From: Akkermansia muciniphila
GTDB lineage: Bacteria; Verrucomicrobiota; Verrucomicrobiia; Limisphaerales; UBA9464
NCBI GenBank assembly: GCA_945861565.1
Contig: CAMAUY010000005.1
Span: 9,749 to 73,748 of the forward strand
Length of the DNA: 64,000 bases
Direction: 5' to 3'
Shown here: positions 57,061 through 64,000 of the stretch, piece by piece
Position numbering within the stretch: the stretch's first letter is position 1
Layout: the number at the start of each line of letters is the position of its first letter
Made by a program: the position numbers and the translations under genes
Notes under the pieces: model-generated
Told to the model about the DNA's origin: nothing
Databases searched by the model: none
What the model saw: only the letters and a program-made list of their open reading frames with translations

Positions 57061-57753
57061 CTAAGTCCTGGGCACGGTGGCCAAGGCATTGATCTGGCTC
57101 GCCGCGTAACCCGCCCCAAAACCGTTGTCAATATTGACAACGGTTACGCCCGTGCCGCAGGAGTTCAACATTCCAAGGAGGGCGGCGAGTCCACCGAAAC
57201 TGGCGCCATATCCGATGCTCGTGGGCACCGCGATCACGGGGCGATCCACCAGGCCTGCGACCACGCTCGGCAGCGCGCCCTCCATGCCGGCAACCACGAC
57301 CAGTACCGTGGCCTTGCGAAGATCGGGAAGTCGCCGAATCAATCGGTGCAGGCCGGCGACACCAACGTCAACAATTCGATCCACTCGATTACCCATGAAC
57401 TCCGCCGTGACGGCGGCTTCCTCGGCGACGGGTAGGTCGCTCGTTCCGGCGCAAAGAATCGCAATGGTGCCCGATCGGCGCGGCAGCGGCTTACGTTCAA
57501 TGCAAAGACACCGCGCCGTGGCATGGTGGACGGCAGTGCGGAAATGTTTACGGACTGCTCGGACATGGGCGGCATCGATGCGGGTGATCAGGACGCGGCC
57601 GTGCGCACGGAAGAGAGCCGTCGCGATGCGGACCACCTGATCGGGAGATTTGCCAGCCCCGTAGACGACCTCGGGAAAACCCTTTCGCCGTGCCCGATCC
57701 AGATCGACCTGAGCAAAACCCAGGTCTGCAAGGGGTGCAAGGGGTGGCTTCAT
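57061..57753 (-). CDS. larB: Nickel-pincer cofactor biosynthesis protein LarB (AIR-carboxylase-like)
   Basis: [49 protein letters not shown]. Confidence 0.8.
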   Translation of the reverse strand: MKPPLAPLADLGFAQVDLDRARRKGFPEVVYGAGKSPDQVVRIATALFRAHGRVLITRIDAAHVRAVRKHFRTAVHHATARCLCIERKPLPRRSGTIAILCAGTSDLPVAEEAAVTAEFMGNRVDRIVDVGVAGLHRLIRRLPDLRKATVLVVVAGMEGALPSVVAGLVDRPVIAVPTSIGYGASFGGLAALLGMLNSCGTGVTVVNIDNGFGAGYAASQINALATVPRT

Positions 57754-57904
57754 GGTTGACGTCGATGTGTAGACATGGCGGGCGCGAGGATTTGCTGTCG
57801 GCGACCAGGGGGCAATCGCAAATGGACGGCAATTTGAGCTCGAACGGGTATGAAAGGGCGCGGCCTAAAGAAAACTGCCGGACCGGATTTCCCCATTTCC
57901 CCGG

Positions 57905-58594
57905 ATGACACGCTCAATTAGCATCGTTGCCGTGAACAAACGCCAGGCCCACGTCAAACGATCCACGTCGGAAACATCCATCGATCTTCGTCTTAACCTG
58001 GACGGTACCGGCAAGGCCGTGGTCAAGACTGGCCTCGGTTTCTTTGACCACATGCTCACCGCCTTTGCCCGGCATGCGGTGATGGATCTGAGGCTGCGGT
58101 GCCGGGGGGATCTGGAGGTGGATGCCCATCATACGGTCGAAGATTGCGGGATCGCTCTGGGACAAGCAGTGACGATCGCCTTGGGCGACAAGCGAGGTAT
58201 CCGCCGGTACGGTGCCGGTTTCCATCCGAAGAATCCATTCACTGGCGAGGCCTATGTTCCGATGGATGAATGCCTTGCCCGATGTGTCGTCGATTTCAGT
58301 GGGCGGCCCTACCTGGTTTGGCGGGGCATGGACGATCTGGCCCAGCGAAAAATATCCGAGGCGGACCGTACCCAGGATCAATCCTCGGCTTTTCGCTTCG
58401 GACTTGCGCGCGAGTTTTTCCAAGGGTTCACGAACGAAGCCCGCTGCAATCTGCACCTCGAATTGCTTTATGGAGGCGAACCCCACCACGTGGTGGAATG
58501 CCTTTTCAAGGCGTTCGCCAAGGCGGTCGATTCTGCCTGCCAGCACGACCGCCGCATCTCCGGCGTGATTCCCAGCAGCAAGGGCAAACTCTAG
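57905..58594 (+). CDS. hisB: Imidazoleglycerol-phosphate dehydratase
   Basis: RSTSETSIDLRLNLDG, GFFDHMLTAFARH, DAHHTVEDCGIALG, EPHHVVECLFKAFAKA. Carries two short insertions relative to the usual ~195-aa form. Confidence 0.9.
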   Translation: MTRSISIVAVNKRQAHVKRSTSETSIDLRLNLDGTGKAVVKTGLGFFDHMLTAFARHAVMDLRLRCRGDLEVDAHHTVEDCGIALGQAVTIALGDKRGIRRYGAGFHPKNPFTGEAYVPMDECLARCVVDFSGRPYLVWRGMDDLAQRKISEADRTQDQSSAFRFGLAREFFQGFTNEARCNLHLELLYGGEPHHVVECLFKAFAKAVDSACQHDRRISGVIPSSKGKL

Positions 58595-58645
58595 AGGCGG
58601 CAATGCGGGACGCAGACGCCCCATAAATGAAAGGGGCGCGTCCTG

Positions 58646-58795
58646 TCAGCCGCGGCCGCGGCCCGAAATGAAATTGACGAGAATCAGAATCACCGCGATC
58701 ACAAGCAGGATGTGAAGCAACCCACCCATGGTATAGCTGGTCACCAAGCCCAGCAGCCACAGAATGATCATTACGACAACAATAGTGTATAACAT
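58646..58795 (-). CDS. lmo0937-family small membrane protein (49 aa; below the ORF-track cutoff)
   Basis: Manual translation: MLYTIVVVMIILWLLGLVTSYTMGGLLHILLVIAVILILVNFISGRGRG*. Matches the conserved WLLGL..GYT.GG.IHILLVIA pattern of this family. Confidence 0.7.
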   Translation of the reverse strand: MLYTIVVVMIILWLLGLVTSYTMGGLLHILLVIAVILILVNFISGRGRG

Positions 58796-58903
58796 ATATC
58801 TACCTTTCAGGTTTGTTAGTGACTTAAATCAAATAAAACAAGGACACGGCGCTCTGCAAAATGTCCTCCATTTGGAGTGTGGCTTGACCGTGCCTGGCCC
58901 GGT

Positions 58904-59047
58904 TTATTTCGTGCCGTGCTGGATTTTTTCGCCGGCTTTTTCCACATCCTTTCCGAATCCGTGGGCCGTGTTGCAGCCAACGCTGGCGAACACCAGAAAT
59001 GCGGTGACAGAGAACAGTGCGACGATACGAGTGGCGTGAGTGATCAT
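58904..59047 (-). CDS. Entericidin A/B family lipoprotein (47 aa; below the ORF-track cutoff)
   Basis: Manual translation: MITHATRIVALFSVTAFLVFASVGCNTAHGFGKDVEKAGEKIQHGTK*. Lipobox SVGC followed by the entericidin-type NT..G.GKD.EKAGE motif. Confidence 0.7.
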   Translation of the reverse strand: MITHATRIVALFSVTAFLVFASVGCNTAHGFGKDVEKAGEKIQHGTK

Positions 59048-59105
59048 GTAAATAAAGTATTAATCTGTCAGCCGCTATGGATGCTTCCAATCAAGATTTA
59101 ATTCA

Positions 59106-59155
59106 CTGCGCTGGCGTTTGCTTTTGGCTGACACAAAAGAGCCCCGCCAGCGCAG
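59106..59155 (-). terminator. Long stem-loop downstream of the csbD-like gene
   Basis: ctgcgctggcg ... cgccagcgcag gives an 11-bp outer stem, with an inner cttttg/caaaag stem. On the minus strand an A/T-rich tract follows. Confidence 0.5.
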
Positions 59156-59162
59156 CAAAAGT

Positions 59163-59366
59163 TTAGTTGCAGCAGGTGGAACAAGATTCCTTGACTGCCT
59201 TTTCGACGGCTTCGCGGGTTTCCCCGGTTCGCTTCTGAATCCGGCCAAGAAGTTCATCCTTCTTACCATCGACATACTGGAGATCGTCATCCGTGAGCTT
59301 CGCCCATTTTTGTTTGAGCTTGCCCTTCGCAATGTTCCAGTCCCCTTTGATTTCGAGTGTGGTCAT
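59163..59366 (-). CDS. csbD: CsbD family stress-response protein
   Basis: IKGDWNIAKGKLKQKWAKLTDDDLQYVDGKKDELLGRIQKRTG is the canonical CsbD pattern. Confidence 0.85.
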   Translation of the reverse strand: MTTLEIKGDWNIAKGKLKQKWAKLTDDDLQYVDGKKDELLGRIQKRTGETREAVEKAVKESCSTCCN

Positions 59367-59526
59367 TTTTAGTTTGTTTTTATGTTATGTTTCTTGCGAT
59401 TCGCCATCAAAGTGACAACGAACGATTACCCGCAGCCGATCGGGTAGGGCTAAAGTAGGGCAGGGTGGCCCGTTGGACTATGGGGTAAAACCCTACTCGG
59501 CAATGGTGGGGTGGTTCGGTTTATCG

Positions 59527-59544
59527 ATGGGGTGTTCACCCCAT
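59527..59544. promoter_or_regulatory. Perfect palindrome ATGGGGTG-tt-CACCCCAT within a cluster of ATGGGGT repeats
   Basis: Lies in the 297-bp divergent intergenic region between csbD and the cheB/cheR fusion. More ATGGGGT-like copies at about 59480 and 59503. Confidence 0.3.
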
Positions 59545-59662
59545 AGCCAGACGGAATCCCTTGTCCGAAACTGGGATGGCTTAGCATGATCATGCAGAAG
59601 AAATCGAAACTGGAACGTCGACTGAAAAATGCTGCGGCGATTGAGCGCAAGACAATAGGCGC

Positions 59663-62344
59663 ATGAAGAAGAAGACTCCGCTGTTACGCCGCCACATTAC
59701 GTCGACCCGGCTTGTTTCCTCGGAATCCCCCGGCTCGCGGGCTGGCGTCTCGTTCCCCATTGTCGGCATCGGCGCGTCCGCCGGCGGACTCGAGGCCTTG
59801 GAAAAGTTTCTGGCGCATGTTCCGGCTGGCAGCGGGATGGCGTTTGTCATTGTCCAGCATTTGGACCCGACGCACAAAGGGATCATGCCCGAGCTGCTGC
59901 AACGCGCCACCGGCATGCGCGTTATCCAGGTGAAGGACCGGACCAAGGTTCAGCGGGATTGCGTTTATGTGATCCCTCCGAACAAGGACATGTCGATCCT
60001 GCACGGAGTTCTGCACCTTCTGGATCCGGCGGCACCGCGCGGACTCCGCCTGCCAATTGATTTCTTTCTCCGATCCCTCGCAGAAGATCGAAGGGAGCAC
60101 AGCGTCGGCGTGATTCTGTCGGGCATGGGTTCCGACGGCACTCTGGGGTTGCGCGCCATCAAGGAAAAGGCGGGCGTGGCGTTCGTGCAGGAGCCAGCAA
60201 CAGCCAAATATGACGGCATGCCGCGCAGCGCGATTGACGCCAGATTGGCGGACATTGTGGCGCCGGTGGACGAACTGCCCGGAAAGCTCATCGCATATCT
60301 GCAACGCTCCCCGTTGATCGCCCGACCGGATGCGCCTTCGGAAGACAAGTCGCAGAGCGCCTTGGAAAAGGCGATCATCCTCCTGCGAGCTCGGACCGGG
60401 AACGATTTTTCCCTCTACAAGCGGAACACCCTCCATCGCCGGATTGAGCGCCGCATGGGAATTCACCAGATCCACAAGATGGCGGCCTACGTCCGTTACT
60501 TGCAGGAGAATTCGCAGGAGTTGGATCTGCTCTTCAAGGAATTGCTTATCGGGGTGACGAACTTCTTCCGCGACCCTGCCGCCTGGGAGCAGCTGCGCAC
60601 CCAGATTTTACCCGCCCTCCTTGCGAAGTCCTCCCCCGGCCGCGCGCTGCGGGCGTGGGTACCCGGCTGCTCCACCGGGGAAGAGGCGTATTCTCTCGCC
60701 ATGGTATTCAAGGAGGCCGTGGAGCAGGCCAAGTCGAAAGGGAACTTCTCGCTGCAGATTTTCGCCACCGACCTGGACCGCGACGCGATTGAGAAGGCTC
60801 GCCAGGGCTTATTCTCGGAAAGCATTGCCGCCGACGTGTCGTCAGAACGGTTGAAGCGGTTCTTCGCCAAAGAAGTGCGCGGATACCGGGTGCGTAAGGA
60901 GATTCGCGACATGGTGATATTTGCGCCGCAGAATCTCATCCTGGATCCGCCATTTACCAAGCTCGACGTTGTGAGCTGTCGCAATCTGCTGATCTATCTC
61001 ACGGCGGACGTGCAGAGGAAACTGCTCCCGATGTTTCACTACACCCTCAATCCCGGCGGTATTCTGTTCCTCGGCAGTGCCGAGACGATTGGCGATTACA
61101 CGGAACTTTTTGCCTCCCTCAACGGCAAATCGCGGATCTTCCGGCGAACAGAATCTGCCTCGCGCCCGGAGACAGTCGGCTTCCCCTCGTCCTTTAGCAA
61201 CGCGGGGCCGTCCAGGGTGCCCGACGCAAATCCGACATCCAAATCGCCGGTCAGCCTCCAATCCGTGGCCGATCAGTTGGTCCTGCAGTGTTACGCCCCG
61301 CCGACCGTGCTTGCCAATAACACGGGGGACATCTGCTACATCAGTGGCCGGACGGGGAAATACCTGGAACCCGCCGCAGGCAAGGCTAACTGGAACCTCT
61401 TTGCCATGGCCCGCGAAGGGCTGCGCCACGAACTGGCGGACGCCTTCCACAAAGCGCTTCGGCAAAAGGAAAGCGTGGCGCTGCACGGACTCAAGGTCGG
61501 GACCAACGACGGCACGCAGAGTGTGGATGTAACCGTCCAGCGACTCGATGAACCGGGCCCGCTGCATGGGTTGGTGATGATCCTTTTCACCGACGTGGGT
61601 ACGCCCGTGGCCGCCAAGTCGGGGGGGCGACCGCCGAAACCTCAAGTCCGTAGCTCGCGGCTCGTGGAATTGGAGCAGGAACTCGTGCAGGTCCGCGGCG
61701 AAGCGCGAGCCACCCACGAGGAGATGCAGACCTCGCAAGAGGAACTCCGGTCCGCCAACGAGGAGTTGCAATCCACGAATGAAGAACTGCAGTCGACCAA
61801 CGAGGAACTCATGACCTCGAAGGAAGAGATGCAGTCGTTGAACGAGGAGCTTCAGACGGTCAACATCGAGTTGCAGACCAAGGTCGACGAACTATCGCGG
61901 GCCAGCAACGACATGAAAAACCTGCTCGATAGCACGGATATCGCGACCCTTTTTCTCGACAAAGATCTCAACGTGCGGCGTTTCACCCCCCAGGCGACAA
62001 AAATCATCAAGCTCATTCCAGGCGACGCGGGCCGGCCCATCACCGATCTGGCCTCCGCATTGCAATACCCGGACCTGGCCGCGGATGCCCGCGAGGTGCT
62101 GCGGAAACTGTCTTCGGCGGAAAAACCGATTAGCGCGCGCGACGGCCGCTGGTTCACCGTGCGCATCATGCCTTACCGGACGATGGACGACCGGATCGAC
62201 GGCGTCGTGATCACCTTCGCGGACATCACCGAATCCAAGACATTGGAGGCAAAACTGCGCGGTCAGCACGCCAGCCTTAAGCAGGACGTCGCGGTCCAGG
62301 ATGCGAAGCGGGCAAAGGAAGGGAAGAGTAGGGGGACAAAGTAG
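59663..62344 (+). CDS. CheB methylesterase / CheR methyltransferase fusion protein with coiled coil and PAS domain
   Basis: CheB-type FPIVGIGASAGGLEAL and VIVQHLDPTHKG. CheR-type NFFRDPAAWE and GCSTGEEAYSLAM. Coiled coil NEELQSTNEELQSTNEEL. C-terminal PAS. Confidence 0.9.
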   Translation: MKKKTPLLRRHITSTRLVSSESPGSRAGVSFPIVGIGASAGGLEALEKFLAHVPAGSGMAFVIVQHLDPTHKGIMPELLQRATGMRVIQVKDRTKVQRDCVYVIPPNKDMSILHGVLHLLDPAAPRGLRLPIDFFLRSLAEDRREHSVGVILSGMGSDGTLGLRAIKEKAGVAFVQEPATAKYDGMPRSAIDARLADIVAPVDELPGKLIAYLQRSPLIARPDAPSEDKSQSALEKAIILLRARTGNDFSLYKRNTLHRRIERRMGIHQIHKMAAYVRYLQENSQELDLLFKELLIGVTNFFRDPAAWEQLRTQILPALLAKSSPGRALRAWVPGCSTGEEAYSLAMVFKEAVEQAKSKGNFSLQIFATDLDRDAIEKARQGLFSESIAADVSSERLKRFFAKEVRGYRVRKEIRDMVIFAPQNLILDPPFTKLDVVSCRNLLIYLTADVQRKLLPMFHYTLNPGGILFLGSAETIGDYTELFASLNGKSRIFRRTESASRPETVGFPSSFSNAGPSRVPDANPTSKSPVSLQSVADQLVLQCYAPPTVLANNTGDICYISGRTGKYLEPAAGKANWNLFAMAREGLRHELADAFHKALRQKESVALHGLKVGTNDGTQSVDVTVQRLDEPGPLHGLVMILFTDVGTPVAAKSGGRPPKPQVRSSRLVELEQELVQVRGEARATHEEMQTSQEELRSANEELQSTNEELQSTNEELMTSKEEMQSLNEELQTVNIELQTKVDELSRASNDMKNLLDSTDIATLFLDKDLNVRRFTPQATKIIKLIPGDAGRPITDLASALQYPDLAADAREVLRKLSSAEKPISARDGRWFTVRIMPYRTMDDRIDGVVITFADITESKTLEAKLRGQHASLKQDVAVQDAKRAKEGKSRGTK

Positions 62345-62347
62345 TCT

Positions 62348-62417
62348 GTGGTCAGTGGTCAGTGGTCAGTGGTCAGTGGTCAGTGGTCAGTAATCAGTAA
62401 TCAGTGGTCAGTGAACA
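62348..62417. repeat. Heptanucleotide tandem repeat, 10 units
   Basis: (GTGGTCA)x6, (GTAATCA)x2, GTGGTCA, GTGAACA. Starts 4 nt after the cheB/cheR stop. Confidence 0.95.
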
Positions 62418-62580
62418 GTGATGAAATCGAGAAAGCGAACGATACGATGAACCGAGTTGAACGATGCCAACACGGCCCGGTTGGTAATCCCAACGGGATT
62501 GTGTCCTCCAGCCCAGGGTTGCGAGGCACGAGCTACCTTGGGGTGTTCTCTTCATTGACGAGTTAGAAAAGTTCGCCGTC

Positions 62581-64000
62581 ATGAAAACGAAACCTTCCCC
62601 AACCGCCACGCCTGCCGCAACATGCAACGGCACTCCTGCCGCACCGCGAAGCGCCGGTGCCGGGTCGGAATTCGGCCCTATGATGGCCGACCTTTACGCC
62701 CGTGCTGTTGCCCAGATGCGCACGCAGCGGAAGAATCAGAAGTCGAAAGCTAAACTTCTCAAGTCCGAAACCGACCCCCAGCGGCTGCTCCACGAATTGC
62801 AGGTTCACCAGGTCGAGCTGGAGCTGCAGAACGACGAGCTCTGGAAGACGCGGGACGAGATGGAGGCGGGGCGGGACAAGTACAGCGACCTCTACGATTT
62901 CGCCCCGATTGGCTACCTCACGCTCGACCGCGAGGGAACCATCGTCGAGGCCAATCTCGCCGGAGCCAGCCTGCTGGGAGTTGATCGGGCCGCGTTGATG
63001 AAGCGGCGCTTCGGCGCGTTCGTTTCCCTGGCGGACCGCGCCGCGTTCGCCGCGTTTCTCCAGCAGGTCTTCGAGACCAAGGCCCGTGAAGAATGCGACG
63101 TGCAGTTGCTGTTGAAGAGCACTGAACTCGTGGACGTGCGGATTCGAGCCATTGTTTCGAGCACCGCTCAGGTGTGCCGGATGGCGGTGACGGACATCAC
63201 CGAACACAAGCGGGCGGAGGCCAAAGTGCGCGTCTCGGAAGTGCGCTACCGCCGTCTTTTTGAAGCGGCGCACGATGGGGTGCTCATCCTCGATCCCGGC
63301 ACCCGCAAAATCACCGACGCCAATCCGTTCATGACGTCACTGCTCGGCTACTCGCACGCTCAGTTCGTGGGGAAGGAGCTGTTCGAAATCGGCCTGCTCA
63401 AGGGCGAGGCTGCCAGCCAGGAGATGTTCCGGAAGCTGAAACGGAACTCCGAAGTCTTTTACGAGGAATTGCTGCTCGAAAGCCAGGACGGACGGCATCG
63501 GGAAGTGGAAGTGTTGGCGAACCTTTATCAGGAGAACGGCCACGCCGTCATCCAATGCAACATCCGCGAGATCACGCAGCGCAAGCAGGTCGAGGAGGTT
63601 TTGCGCCGCAACGAGGCGCTGTTCTCCGCCCTCATCGAGCAAGCCCCCGTCGGTATCTATGTGGTCAATGCCCGATGGTGCCTGCATCAAGTCAACCCCA
63701 CGGCACAGCCCGTCTTCAAAAACATCCGCCCCCTGATCGGCCAGGATTTTTCCAGAATCCTCCATGCCTTATGGCCAGAGCGGGTCGCGGATCAAATCGC
63801 TAAACGTTTCCGGCACACGTTCAAGACGGGGGAGCCTTATCAGTTGACCGATTTTGCTGAGCGACGTCGGGATACCGGCGTGAAGGAGTTTTACGAATGG
63901 CAGATCCAGCGCGTCACTCTGCCCGCCGGCGAACTTGGAGTGGTTTGTTTTTTCAGCAACATCACCAAGCGGAAACAAGCCGAAGAGGCGCAGCGTCGCG
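62581..64000 (+). CDS. Multi-PAS sensor protein, 3'-truncated by the window edge (absent from the ORF track)
   Basis: Manual translation from ATG 62581 stays open to 64000. It reads MKTKPSPTAT..., coiled coil LLHELQVHQVELELQNDELWKTRDEME, then PAS blocks (YDFAPIGYLTLDREGTIVEAN, RRLFEAAHDGVLILDP, FSALIEQAPVGIYVV). The 236-aa antisense ORF 62563..63273 is spurious. Confidence 0.8.
   Translation, partial: MKTKPSPTATPAATCNGTPAAPRSAGAGSEFGPMMADLYARAVAQMRTQRKNQKSKAKLLKSETDPQRLLHELQVHQVELELQNDELWKTRDEMEAGRDKYSDLYDFAPIGYLTLDREGTIVEANLAGASLLGVDRAALMKRRFGAFVSLADRAAFAAFLQQVFETKAREECDVQLLLKSTELVDVRIRAIVSSTAQVCRMAVTDITEHKRAEAKVRVSEVRYRRLFEAAHDGVLILDPGTRKITDANPFMTSLLGYSHAQFVGKELFEIGLLKGEAASQEMFRKLKRNSEVFYEELLLESQDGRHREVEVLANLYQENGHAVIQCNIREITQRKQVEEVLRRNEALFSALIEQAPVGIYVVNARWCLHQVNPTAQPVFKNIRPLIGQDFSRILHALWPERVADQIAKRFRHTFKTGEPYQLTDFAERRRDTGVKEFYEWQIQRVTLPAGELGVVCFFSNITKRKQAEEAQRR

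Noticed and set aside
57905-58594. HisB is about 30 aa longer than usual, with two internal insertions and an N-terminal extension.
   Set aside because: All catalytic His/Asp/Glu motifs are intact. The insertions look like lineage-specific loops, not evidence of a new function.
62348-62417. Possible CRISPR array.
   Set aside because: The repeat unit is only 7 bp, strictly tandem with no spacers, and there are no cas genes. It is a microsatellite, not CRISPR.

Overview
GC-rich bacterial chromosomal segment. Gene content and repeat types look like the PVC group (Verrucomicrobia/Planctomycetes-like): two DUF1501 proteins, a PQQ-type beta-propeller, an FGE-sulfatase protein, and giant secreted proteins that end in an FFRL-type C-terminal module. 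This taxonomic placement is inference only.

Most of the window is housekeeping. I recognise accD, a GH57 branching enzyme, PPK2, dapB, folK, purH, thrS, an Rrf2-nifU-nifS-mrp Fe-S cluster, lolDE, argA, a cobA/hemD fusion, ileS, hemW, larB, hisB, tRNA-Pro(GGG), comF and comEC. Signalling genes are a hybrid histidine kinase, a CheB/CheR-PAS fusion, and a multi-PAS gene that runs off the right edge and is missing from the ORF track.

The non-ordinary content sits in a few pockets:
1. Two tandem ~1050-aa metzincin paralogs. Between them lie an esterase gene remnant and a small two-gene module with a nucleotidyltransferase fold; it looks toxin-antitoxin or Abi-like.
2. A decay/accessory pocket at 28.7-33.6 kb. 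It holds a REP cluster, a sigma54-activator fragment, an IS4-type transposase remnant and a Phd/VapC pair.
3. At least three dispersed repeat families. One is a ~160-bp multi-hairpin element in 3 copies. One is a textbook MITE with 16-bp TIRs and a 9-bp target-site duplication next to the tRNA. One is a near-identical 52-bp AT-rich hairpin element found twice, 46 kb apart.
4. A 10-unit heptanucleotide tandem repeat between two sensor genes.
5. A cluster of three tiny stress-type genes, two of them below the ORF-track size cutoff.

I found no CRISPR array, rRNA, intact transposase or recognisable known defence system. The best candidate for something undescribed is the NTase-fold module at 17.5-18.4 kb; the structured MITE-like families come second. 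All functional calls rest on motif recognition by eye, with no database search.
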